NCBI GenBank assembly: GCA_951406725.2
Contig: OX597819.1
Span: forward strand, 105,524,001-105,588,000
Length of the DNA stretch: 64,000 nt
Direction of reading: 5' to 3'
From: Octopus vulgaris
Lineage: Eukaryota
Each line of letters begins with the position of its first letter. The stretch's first letter is position 1. Below are positions 1 through 11,441 of the stretch, in pieces. The notes beneath the pieces are model-generated. The model made no database searches. It was given only the letters and a program-made list of their open reading frames with translations, and was not told the origin of the DNA. The translations under genes and the position numbers were made by a program.

Positions 1-89
1 GACAAAACTATTTTACTAAATTCTTCATTATTTTCAAAATTAATTGAAACAATGCAGTGTATTTTATCAAGAATACGGTAACAAAAGGG
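1..89. mobile_element. Right end of a piggyBac-like MITE
   Basis: Ends ...GGTAACAAAAGGG|TTAA, the same terminus as the complete copy at 9857-10079. Confidence 0.7.
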
Positions 90-93
90 TTAA

Positions 94-920
94 TGAAGTT
101 AATTTCCTAGGCATTTAATTGATTCTTATTAGAAGCAAATTTAAACCCAACCATAAACCAAATGAAGATACCTCATAGATCAACATAGGCTCTAACCACC
201 CACCATCAATCATCGAAAAAGGGAATAACATTAGTTGGCGTGGTTCCAATTTATTCACTGATACTTTCAAAAAGGCTGCCCCATACTACAACGCCGCATT
301 ATAAAGGTCAAACTTTAAAGAGTTGCCTAAATTATAGTGAATCAAATGTAGATTGATCAATATCACGTAGGGAAAGGAAAAGTTTATGGTACAATCCATC
401 ATATAAAATGAATGTCGCCACGAACATAGCTAAAAAATTCCTAAAACTCATAGATAACCATTTCCCTCACTAACATAAATACTACAAAATTTCCAATAGA
501 AATACAGTCAAAGTTAGTTATAGTTGCCTCACCAATATAGGGTCGATTATTTTCAACCACAATAAAAATAACAACATTAGGAACATTTCCCAAAGGCTCT
601 GTAACTGTGGATCTCCGGAAAGCTGTCCACTGAACAATAGGTGATTGGAAAAAGAATTAATGCACAGGGCCAGCGTTACGAATTTGAACGGAAAAGCAAA
701 AACATACATTAGAATAACGGGAAACACTTTCAAAGACAGATATACTCAGCTTCGTTCAGAGATAAAAACTAAGGACATATGGTATGGACACTTAAAGAGA
801 TAGGAGTGAAAAACCCTCATAAACTGGAGCATTATAGCTAAGAAGAGCAAATACAGAGGACGGGGCAGCAAATGTGAGCTCTGTATTACCGAAAAACTAA
901 ATATCATAACATCAACAGTG
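94..920 (+). mobile_element. Decayed Penelope-like element (Naiad-like): RT thumb, linker and GIY-YIG endonuclease
   Basis: Motifs VNFL, KPN, SNHPPSII, AAPYYNAAL, WYNPSY.MNVATNIAKKFLKLIDNHFP, NRNTVKVSYSC, CNC...CPL, TYI.ITGNTFKDRY, WSII, KCELCITEK. Several stops and frameshifts. Confidence 0.85.
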
Positions 921-950
921 AATGCAGTATGTATGTATGTATGTATGTAT

Positions 951-1213
951 CGGCAGCAGAGGCAACTCCTCATGAAGACCGGTCACAACATGCTGGGCTG
1001 TGCAAACTACGACCCAGACATCATGAAAACCATTATCCCTGGTGATGAGACATGGGTGTATGGTCTCTGCTCGATGCGTTTGGTCATCTTGCGTGAAAAC
1101 GAAATTCTGTCGAGCACTCACTAAACATCTGTACTCTGGGCGTAACAGCCGGAGACTGATGCGGCCTACTGGCACGAAAATGTTCATGTATGCATAGAAA
1201 GGGTGGCGTCACA
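951..1213 (+). mobile_element. Internally deleted mariner remnant
   Basis: DPDIMKTIIPGDETWVYG resembles the mariner first catalytic Asp motif (I.TGDETWV). Confidence 0.7.
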
Positions 1214-1302
1214 TGTATGTATGTATGTATGTATGTATGTATGTATGTATGTATGTATGTATGTATGTATGTATGTATGTATGTATGTATGTATGTATGT
1301 AT
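1214..1302. repeat. (TATG)n microsatellite
   Basis: Direct reading. Source of the MYVC/HTYI ORFs. Confidence 0.95.
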
Positions 1303-1503
1303 GTGTGTCTGTGTTTGCCCCCACCCCAACATCGCTTTAGAAACGATGCTGGTGTGTTTACGTCCCCGTAACTTAGTGATTCGTCAAAAGAGACCGATAG
1401 AATAAGTACTAGGCTTACAAAGAATAAGTCCTGGGGTCGATGTGCTCGACTAAAGGTGGTGCTCCAGCATGGCCACAGTCAAATGACTGAAACAAGTAAA
1501 AGA
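1303..1503 (+). mobile_element. SINE family A, 3' half
   Basis: Ends in the family tail ggtgctccagcatggccacagtcaaatgactgaaacaagtaaaaga. Confidence 0.85.
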
Positions 1504-2039
1504 GAAGGTTACAGAAACTATCAGCCAATTCTGCGGAGCCATCTGGGTATCTGAGAGTTTATTTCATGGGTGTTTTTACTGCTAACTATTTCCTGTGTAT
1601 CTGTCACATATATCATTCTTCACAGTTAATCTGCCTGGGATCTCACTGCATCTCTTAAGTATACAAACTAAAATTCCGTACCATATATTTACTGCATATC
1701 GAGCATGATACTAAATGACCTTGGATGGCCATGCAGTTCTGTACTACTCTTTGCTAAGATCTTATGTTTATATCACTTGCTGCTACATATCAGAAAAATA
1801 TACAAATACCGTTGAGAAAAGTTGTTGCTTTCATATAAAGACACTGTGGTATTTGTTTCTCTGTGTCAGACAATCTCATGTCAATCTGTCCATCACAGAT
1901 GCAATGAACCAGTGAGTGGTCTGTCGGACACCTGTAACCAACGATGCTAGTGTTCACAAATTATAATATAAAATGTATAATACGTTCAGTTAGACCTCTG
2001 ACAGAAGTTTAATCATGTATATGTACAGTTTTTTTTTTG

Positions 2040-2340
2040 TGGATGCACATGGCCTAGTGGTTAGAGCAGCGGATTCGCGGTCGAAGGATCGCAGGTTTCG
2101 AATCTCAGACTGAATGATGTGTATGTTTATGAGCGAAACGCCTAAGCTCCACGCGGCTCCGGCAGAAGGTAATAGCGAACTTCTGCTGACTCTTTCGCCA
2201 CAACTTTCTCTCACTCTTTCCTCCTGTATCTTGCAGCTCACCTGCGACGGACCGGCGTCTCGTCCATGTGGGGAACCTATACGCCAAGGAAACCGAAAAA
2301 CCGGCCCTAATGAGCCAGGTATGACTCGAGAAAGAACAAC
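2040..2340 (+). mobile_element. tRNA-derived SINE family C
   Basis: A-box-like tggcctagtggttag and B-box-like ggtttcgaatctc. Related copies at about 11770-12050(+), 40154-40518(-) and 63395-63698(-). Confidence 0.8.
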
Positions 2341-2487
2341 CATGTACAGTTTTTTACTTCTTTACTGTACTATACAGTATCAAATATTTTTCTTATATTT
2401 TCTGGGTCTGGAGAAAGGCACAATGCTTATGATGGTCAAAGGCCCTCCTAAGCTAGTAAGATTTATGCCATTAAGATTTCGCTAAAA

Positions 2488-2700
2488 GGCGGCGAACTGG
2501 CAGAATCGTTTGTGTGTCTGACAAAATGCCTGGTCGGCATTTCTTCCGGCCCTGCACGTTCTGAGTTCAATTGCCACCGAGGCCGACATAGTTTTTAATT
2601 CTTTCAGAGTCAATAGAATAAGTACCAGTTAAGCACTGGGGTCGATGAATTCGACTGCTTCTCTCCTCAAAATTGCTGGGATTATGCAAAAATTAGAAAG
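2488..2700 (+). mobile_element. tRNA-derived SINE family B
   Basis: ggcggcgaactggcagaatcg...gttctgagttcaa...aataagtaccag. At least 14 further copies in the window. Confidence 0.8.
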
Positions 2701-3276
2701 AACTTCTTCATAAGTCAACACCTGTGAGAAAGATATGAGCTGGGAAGAAATTCCAGAGTGTTGATATTCAGTGATGGAAAGGCTGGGTGGAGTGATTAAT
2801 GCAGGGCCTAGGGAGGAAGATGGACGCAATAAGGTTATAGAGAGACGGGTGTGTCATAAATGCTTGAGTAGAAGCGGCATAAGCCCAGCCAACTCTGAAT
2901 CGTTGCGACAATCATATTAGCGGTAGAAAAAGTAGTCTGTTTATAAGCTAGAAATCCCACTTTCACAGTATCAGCGCTTGCGTTTATTCCTGTACCTTTT
3001 GCTCCAAATCTGGAAATGAAGGAAAGATAACACCAGAGAGAGGCAGAGAGTGTCGTTAAAAGTTCTCATACTTCACACAATCTCAAAATGCTGTTTGTCT
3101 TGGGGTTTCTTTCCCCAAACTCCTACTGTCTCTGTCTCTAGTCAGCTACTGAAAATAAAAGGTATCTTGGCAACAGTGTGTGATCGCGCTAACCCCATAA
3201 TTGAAGGGAGATGACTATTCACCATAGAATACCAGTAGTTTGCAAGACAAACAGTCCAGTATTATCGACAATTCAT

Positions 3277-3680
3277 AGGATCTTTTCGGTTTGAACGGCA
3301 GTTTTTAACATAATTTCTAGGTAACTAAAAAAATTTAAAACTTCGTATACTGGTAGAATGTGTTTATAAAACATCTTTTTCTCTTGGCTTTATTGAGAAA
3401 ATTCTATGGTTTGTAAGATATTTGTTGTTTTTTTCTTCAATTTCTGCAATATTAACCAGTCAATGACGTCCATTGAGGTAAAAAAAAACATTCTGTGCTG
3501 TTTGAATATGTCCCTCGTTTAAAAAACAGATTGGGTTTATTTGTGAAGAAAAAAAGATACCCTCCCCCACCCCTAAAACAAGATTGAAATGCAATAGATC
3601 GATACTAGGGTCATAATTATGGGTGACAATTTCATATGACACCGCTAGAAAAAAAATGCAGTTCAAACCGAAAAGATCCC
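3277..3680. mobile_element. MITE with ~23-bp terminal inverted repeats
   Basis: Left (a)ggatcttttcggtttgaacggca, right tgcagttcaaaccgaaaagatccc. Flanks aattcat/aatttat may be a TSD. Confidence 0.85.
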
Positions 3681-4144
3681 AATTTATGTCACATGTACCG
3701 CCATAATACCAGAGTTGTCTCCCTTACACATTTTGATCAGCTCAATTGTGCTTTGATTTTCATGCAAGTTAATATTACGAAGACAATAGATTATACTCAA
3801 CTTCACTCACCTCCTAGTGCTCATTGCGCCAGTGCATCTGCCACATGCAAAGGTTACCTTCTCTGTAAACCTGTATGTGATACCTCTGTATCTCTTGTGT
3901 GCTCAGTTTAGACTGGGTAAACATATGGAGTTTATACTTGCTCCTTTCTGTATATTGACCAAGGCCAGTTCATTCACGATACTGGGGTCTTGTATTCTTT
4001 CCAATTTACTAGCACTTGAGCCTTTGCTTAATTTACCTTGTGGTATCTAGATTCTAAGTTTAGCTTCCATGCTCAAGTCATAACCATGTGTTACCTGAGT
4101 AAGTAAAGATTTTCTCTATAGCATTTCCCTTCTTTACCCACTAA

Positions 4145-4488
4145 CACCATTCGAGCGTGATCGTTGTCGCCTTACTGGCACATGAAAAACATTCGAGCGA
4201 GGTCGTCGCCAGAGCCGCTGGACTGGCTCCTGTGCAGGTGGCACATAAAAAGCACCATTTGAGCATGGCCGTTGCCAGTACCACCGGACTGGCCCTCATG
4301 CCAGTGGCACGTAAAAGCACCCACTACACTCTCGGAGTGGTTGGCGTTAGGAAGGGCATCCAGCTGTAGAAACTCTGCCAGATCAGAGTGGAGTCTGGTG
4401 TAGCCATCTGGTTCGCCAGACCTCAGTCAAATCGTCCAACCCATGCTAGCATGGAAAGCAGACGTTAAACGATGATGATGATGATGAT
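4145..4488 (+). mobile_element. LINE 3'UTR/SINE family E with (GAT)n tail
   Basis: ggttggcgttaggaagggcatccagctgtag...ccaacccatgctagcatggaaag..gacgttaaacgatgatgat. Other copies at 5508-5645(-), 7900-8060(+) and 14780-15092(+). Confidence 0.75.
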
Positions 4489-5100
4489 ACAGTATCCACT
4501 AACGATAAAAACTATATAACTGTCTATGTAACTTACTTCTGTATCCACTAGTGAATGATAAAAGCTACATAGAGATGTCTATTGTATTTTATGATAGAAA
4601 CTTTATAGAGTTGTCTATTGCATCTCACTATTTAATGATAGAAGCTATATAGAAGAGTTCTCTACAAGTCTGTTGCTTGTAGGTGATAGACTGGCAGAGT
4701 TATCAGAGCTTCAAATGAAATAGCTAGTGATATTTGTTTCATCTTCTTGAATTTAGAATTAAAGCCCCACTGATTTCAGCTTTGTCTTTCATCTTTCTGG
4801 GCTTGGCAAATGAAAGTGCTTGTGTAGGACTTGTTAGAACATTAAATGGGTTGCCTTGTGGTATTTGTCTCAGCTCTTTGTGTCTTGGGTTCAAATCTTG
4901 CTTTCATCTAGTTGGGTGGTAGACTTGATCTGTCACCTGGTCCTTGGGTGCATTTAAAAGGGTCCACTTTGCTGTAAGCATTTGAGCCAGTTCGGTAGTT
5001 TGATGATACCTTCCTTCCCACCAGGTTAGACTTTGTAAGGGGTCATGTGTACTGGGCTTTTCTAAGTGATAAAGTAAGTATTCCTGACGATAATCTTTTA

Positions 5101-5471
5101 TTCTTTTACTTGTTTCAGTCATTTGACTGCAGCCATGCTGGAGCACTGCCTTGAATGGTTTTAGTCAAACAAATCGACCCCAGGACTTATCATTTTAAAG
5201 CCCAGTACTTATTCTATTGTTCTCTTTGGCTAAACTGCTAAGTTACAGGGACATAAACACACCAACACCAGTTATCAAGTAGTGGTGGGGGACAAAAACA
5301 TACACATAACAAATTTCTTTCAGTTTCCGCCTACCAAATCCACTCACAAGGCTTCGGTTGGCCTGAGGCTATAGCAGAAGACACTTGCCCAAGGTGCTAC
5401 GCAGTGGGACTGAAACTAGAACCATATGGTTGGGAAGCAAACTTCTTACCACACGGCCACGCCTGTGCCTA
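5101..5471 (-). mobile_element. SINE family A, full length
   Basis: tRNA-like head at the right end, family tail at the left end. Confidence 0.85.
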
Positions 5472-5869
5472 TAATGGCCACATATATTACTTGTCATATC
5501 TGTCATATCATCATTGTTTAACGTCCGCTTTCCATGCTAGTATGGGTTGGACGATTTGACTGAGGGCTGGCAAACCAGATGGCTGCACTAGGCTCCAATC
5601 TTGACCTGGCAGAGTTTCTACAGCTGGATGCCCTTCCTAACGCCATCTGTATATAAAGAATGTGTAAGGTATACTTCTTTTCTGTTTTATTGGTGTAAAA
5701 ATATGTTTGACTTATCAGTAAATCTGTCTTTTTCATTGTATGCCAGACTGATCAGCTCTATTTGCTGCCATCATAGTTCCATCCATTTACTTACTCTTTA
5801 TAAATATCCTCATAATATTTTGAAATGATCAGAAAGTAAAAGAATCATTATAATGAAAAGACATGAAAA

Positions 5870-5952
5870 CAATTTGTGAAAAGAAGCAACTTTTATTCTT
5901 TTAATTTGTAAAAAAAAGAAAAGAAAACTAATAAATTAACATCTATTTTATT
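5870..5952 (-). terminator. Probable polyadenylation region of PGGT1B (3'UTR about 1.7 kb)
   Basis: AATAAA on the minus strand at 5952-5947 and 5897-5892, followed by a U/GU-rich tract (gttgcttcttttcacaaattgttttcatgtcttttc). Inferred from motifs only. Confidence 0.5.
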
Positions 5953-7224
5953 CCTCACACATCAGTCAAATGATATACCTGATGATTTCCACTATAAAAT
6001 TTGGCTGGTAGAATAATCAACCAGCTACAAGGTTAGTACCAGGTTTAGGCTACAGACGAAAGCTTTCAGGTTCTGAATTGACTTCCAGTTTCAGACTAAA
6101 AGCAGAAGTCCTTTCATAAAACCTGAAAACTCTCTAAATATGATCTGAAAGATCTTAGTTGCATAGTGCCATCTTTAAACTAGAGACTGAACAACATCAA
6201 GTTATGATTCTAACTTCAGTGCTAACGAATGAAAACATTCAAACAGGTTTCTAAGGATTCTTAAGATGGAGTTGAACCACAAACTATATGATGTATATTG
6301 TAAAAAAAAAAAATGAAAAAAAAAAAAACTGGTTTCAAGGGTGTATAGGGTCTATGCATATGATCTAAATCCTAAGTATGGGTCTGATTAGAAATTAGAA
6401 ATTGAATGTTCTTAACATCCTACCAACAGTTTGTGACTAATTTAACTGCTGGCAGTGAAGTTTTAAAAGTAGATAAAAATCATTGGGGTACAAGAATACC
6501 CACATAAACTAAAAAGTGTCCTAGTTTTCAAGAATTAGAGAACAAAAGCTCTCAAGACTAACTTTGAATTGTAGCAAAGTCTTAAATTTTTTTTAAGATT
6601 CCAGTCAATAGGTTTCCATAAAATACTAATTTCCAGGGTATATTTCAAAATGGTTTTCAAGGATTCCAGATAAGAATTCACAAACAGTACTCCACATAGT
6701 GGGTTTCAAAAAGAATCCCTAATTTGTTAAGACAAGAATATCGGTTGAGATAGTTCATTTTGAACAGTAAAAGTCACAAGGCTCACAGGGAGGGATTTAA
6801 AACCTCTAATTTATGGATCAAAACCTTAGATGGACAGTGGACAAAACCTTGATTTCATGTGTTCCACTAATCCTCATACCTGATATGTCTTGATAACTTG
6901 GCTGTGCTGGTAACTATCCCTGATACACAGTTCTTTAAACCATATTTTCAGTAAGATCAATAGAAAATTTGTGTAGCAAAAATATTAAATGATTTCTGTA
7001 TCACATATATGCTTTCAGCATCATCAAACAACACTATGTCATTTGGTATTAGACAACAGTGAAGCTGATGCAGTGATGACACTGTAAAAACTGATGGTGT
7101 CTGTGTATGTGTGTGCTCAATGAATTGTAAGTGTGTTTGTGTGTCAGACATGAAGGAGAGACACAGTGAGAAAGCAAAATATTAATAATATAAAGAAACA
7201 TGGAGAGAGAAGGAGATTTAGTAA

Positions 7225-7437
7225 ATATTGGTTTCAAATTCTGACACAAGGTCAACTATTTCAGGGGAGGAACTAAGTCAATTACATTGACTCCAGTATG
7301 TAACTGGTACTTATTTTACTGACCTCGAAAGGATGAAAGGCAAAGTTAACCTCTGTGGAATTTGAACTCAGAAAGGTAGACAAAATGCTGCTCAGCATTT
7401 TTCCTGGCATACTAACAATTCTGCCAGTTTGTCACCT
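7225..7437 (-). mobile_element. SINE family B in the predicted PGGT1B 3'UTR
   Basis: Matches family B (gaaaggatgaaaggcaaag...ggaatttgaactcaga). Most CpGs decayed. Confidence 0.75.
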
Positions 7438-7638
7438 TAGAATTAGTAAATATTAATAATATAAAATAAATCAAAGAGGGAAGGTGGGAGAAAAAAAAAG
7501 AGGGAAGAGAAAAAGAAAGGAAGAGCAAATTATAATATAAAGAAAGAAGAGAGAAAGAGCTTGATTTGAAAAGGATAGCTCAGTTATGAGAAATGAAACA
7601 CCACTCAATGAAACAAAGTGGGGTGGTGATGGTAGAAC

Positions 7639-7784
7639 TTAGGTGGCTGTTTGTTTCTTTTTGTGTAGATCGGAGAGATGTTGTGAAGCTCTTTGGCTGA
7701 GGTTCAAAGCTGGATCCATTTGTTTGGTAGACTTCTCTCCCATCAGTGACAGTCCACAGACTCCAAAATAAGAATGTAGGAGAT
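7639..7784 (-). CDS. PGGT1B: GGTase-I beta, last coding exon 9
   Basis: tctcttccag|, 146 nt to TAA at 7641-7639. Translates (D)LLHSYFGVCGLSLMGEKSTKQMDPALNLSQRASQHLSDLHKKKQTAT*, with the Zn-ligand His in LHSYF. The nine exons sum to 1110 nt with consistent phases. Confidence 0.96.
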
Positions 7785-9160
7785 CTGGAAGAGATAACCA
7801 ATATTGTTAGATTAATTCTACAAAGAAATAGCTAAGTTAACCCTGTTTATATATCTACTGTATAGGTTACATATATCATACTGCTCTACGAGGTGGTTGC
7901 TTTCACTCTACAGGGTGTTAGGTGTTATGAAGGGCATCCAGTCATAAAAACCATGCCAAAACAGACACAGTAGCCTGGTGAAGTCTTCTACCTGGCCGGC
8001 TCCTGTCAAACTGTCCAACCTACGACAGCATGGAAAACATGTTAAATGATGCTGATGATGGTGATCACCTTGATACTGTGTGAACTGAGATCCCCAGTGA
8101 CAGGTTCGTGATATTGAATTAAGTGTTAACACAGTATGCAAATTAGTAGCTCTGGTTTTCTGTAGCTACTGTAAAATGTTGAGAATATAAACAGATTCTT
8201 CCTTCTCTGAGATTGGTTAAAATGATGTAGGTGCTTCAGATGAGAATCCAATAAGATTCAAAACTCAATTAAGGTTGTTCATCATTTTTTACAAACTATA
8301 GAGAATTAGCTAAATTAGCCCTGTTTATATATCTATCACATAACTTACATATATATATGATATATTTATATATATATATGTGTGTGTGTGTATATAGACA
8401 TACACACAACACACATATAAACATGATGGCAGCAACCCGATTTTGTGTAATGCTTATTGCTCAATGGTTCTTGTAAACAAGAGTTATACAAATGTGGCTT
8501 TCAGTCCTGACAGAAACTTATGCTCTTTTTGTACATATGAGACGATGAAGTAGGTGTTACAATGCTGTTTTGGCGAATGGTATGACATTCCAGCCTGCCT
8601 CCTGACACACATTCTATTACACACTCTCTGCAAGAAAAACAATGCATAATTAACAACTAATAATGCATACATTAACAACTAACCTATTCATGTGGTTTCT
8701 CTGATGACTTTTAAGACAAAAACTGTGCATAATAAAAATCAAATGTAGTGTATAAAAGAAATGTACAGATATATAAGTGTATGGAGGATGATGGTTGCAT
8801 AGAGAAGTGTAGGGTACTCAAAGAACCTGTGAAGAGGTTAAGATTGATCTCAGAATATTGAGCTTCATAGAAGAGCTGATGGAACTGCAATGATTGGAAA
8901 TATGCAATGCTGGAGAGGAACCATCCACTAGTTCAAACATAGCAAAATGAATATTAAAATGGTCATAGTGATGGAAGTTGGGAGGTATAAATATATGTAT
9001 ATTTGTGTCTCTTGCCCAATGTGTCCCAAATGAGTCTACCTCTGCTGCCTGTCTTTGCCTTTTGATACCTTCACACTGCTTTATCACTCATTTTCTCTCC
9101 TATTCACTTTATCATGCTGCCTGTGTGGGGATGCTATTGCACTTGTTTGACCAACTAAAC

Positions 9161-9732
9161 CAGTGGTTCTCAACTGTGGCCCATATGGCCCCTGAAGGTC
9201 CACATAAAGTTTTTGGGGGTCCATGCAACAAAGTAGTAAATTAGGGATCTACAATAGTATTTTAAGGAGCCCTGAAAAAATTTTGCTTTAAATGTATGTA
9301 TTGCAAGAAACAGCTGGGCTTCTTTCTTATTTCTTTACTGCCTACAAGGAGCTACACACAGAGAGGGCAAACAAGGACAGACAAACAGATTAAGTCAATT
9401 ATATTGACCTCAGTGTGTAACTGGCACTTATTTAATCGACCCTGAAAAGATGAAAGGCAAAGTCGACCTCAGCGGAATTTGAACTCAGAATGTAGCGGCA
9501 GACGAAATACCGCTAACCATTTCGCCTGGCGTGCTAACATTTCTGCCAGCTCGCTGCCTTCTTTCTGTAGCATTTTACATAGTTCAACCTACACAAGTTA
9601 ATATGAGAAAAAACAAAATAGGAATTTTGAAAGAAGTTTATAAAACTAGTCTGTAAACATTGAATGGCTATGGGGGTCACCAGAATAAAATCAAAGCGGG
9701 GTCCATAAATAAAAAGTGGTTGAGAATCCCTG
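9161..9732. mobile_element. hAT-like MITE with a nested family B SINE (about 9328-9558)
   Basis: TIRs cagtggttctcaac / gttgagaatccctg. 8-bp flanks aactaaac / ctctaaac. The nested SINE is flanked by a ttctttct duplication. Confidence 0.8.
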
Positions 9733-9856
9733 CTCTAAACACTCACCCACTCTCCTCCCCTGTGCCACACTGCCTGTGTAATGAGGAACGGCACTGGATC
9801 TACCTGTGCTCAATATACCCTGCTACTACCTTTTCCCTAACATTCAACATAATTAA

Positions 9857-10079
9857 CCCTTTCATTACCAACCCAGCTGAAGCTGGCTCTGCCTCTGTAG
9901 TACAAATGTATTGTTTTCATAAGTTTTGAATTAAAATCTTCCACCAAAAACCTTAGTCACAATTTATGTTCCTAACACTAGCTGAATGATAACAAAGTTA
10001 TTTTACTAAATTCTTTGTTATATTTAAAGTAATTGAAAGAAACACAGAGCATCTCAAAATAAATACAGTAACAAAAGGG
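9857..10079. mobile_element. piggyBac-like MITE, 223 bp
   Basis: TTAA|CCCTTTCATTAC ... GTAACAAAAGGG|TTAA. Lies about 40 nt into intron 8 from the exon 8 donor. Confidence 0.85.
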
Positions 10080-10118
10080 TTAAATGAAGAGTAGAGGACA
10101 TTTGGGAAAACAGCTTAC

Positions 10119-10227
10119 CTGGTGACTGATTGGGCCATTTGGCAAATCCTCCAATAGCTTCTTTCTGAGTGTCCATCATGTATAACCGATTCTGGGTGAA
10201 GTTGGTTAATTCAAATATATTCAACAG
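10119..10227 (-). CDS. PGGT1B: GGTase-I beta, exon 8 (absent from the ORF track)
   Basis: tttccag| ... |gtaagc, 109 nt. Translates LLNIFELTNFTQNRLYMMDTQKEAIGGFAKWPNQSP (GGFAKWP motif). Confidence 0.96.
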
Positions 10228-10684
10228 CTGGAAATAGATGAAATAAACCCATTGGTTTGTTGCTTCACAGATTACATTGATGCTTCTTAACTACATTTCT
10301 CTGGATGATGATATGACTGATGTTGTTAGCAGTGTTTCTTAAATACAGGAAAGAGAGAGCTTATGTCTGTTTAAACCTTATTTACATTTTAAATGTGTAA
10401 GCACAGAGAATAACATACAAGCATACTATCTATCTATCTATCCGCTCAGTCGAAGTCGACTCTTGGTTACTCGATGGATCAGTGTCCCCCAGTCAGTTCT
10501 ATCCTGGGCCGCTTCTTTCAGATTGGCTATGTCCATTCTGGTATCACTCTTGATGGTGTCAAGCCAGCGGGTTCTTGGTCGGCCTCTTCCTCACACACAC
10601 ACACACACACACAACTGCAGTCACTGTTAACATCGCTTCCAAAAATATTTGATAAATATTGACTCGAGAAGAAAGTATCTATGG

Positions 10685-10852
10685 ATCAAAATGGGAGTCT
10701 CTACTGAACCAACATAGGAACTGGCATGAGTCAGTGAAGAAACCACTCCTGAACCAATAAAAGAATCTCTGCTGCATCAACAAGGGAGTCTCTACTCAGT
10801 CAATAAAGGTGTCCTTACTGATCCAATGAGGGACTCTCTACTGAGTCAACAA
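10685..10852. repeat. Degenerate ~23-bp minisatellite, about 7 units
   Basis: Consensus close to agggagtctctactgaaccaata, in intron 7. Confidence 0.75.
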
Positions 10853-11108
10853 GCCTGTACCTAAACAAAACACACACACACATATATTTTCCTTTATTGG
10901 TTTCATCCATTGGACTGTGGTCATGTTGGGGTACCACCTACAAAAGATCAACCAACCATATCAAAACCAAAAACCGATTTCAATGTGGTACTTGTTTTAT
11001 CAATTTCTGTTTGTCCAGTCACTAAGTTACTTACAGAACACAACATAAACATACACACACACACACAGTTTCTGTAGCTAGTGGTTATGATGATGATGAT
11101 GATGATCA

Positions 11109-11441
<333 letters not shown>

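Noticed and set aside
2840-2900. Gag zinc-knuckle remnant (VCHKC...HKPSQ)
   Set aside because: It needs a frameshift, lacks the last Cys, and has no supporting LTR or pol sequence.
7580-7801. ORF-track frame over exon 9
   Set aside because: Wrong frame. The homologous frame is DLLHSYFGVCGLSL, set by the phase-1 intron.
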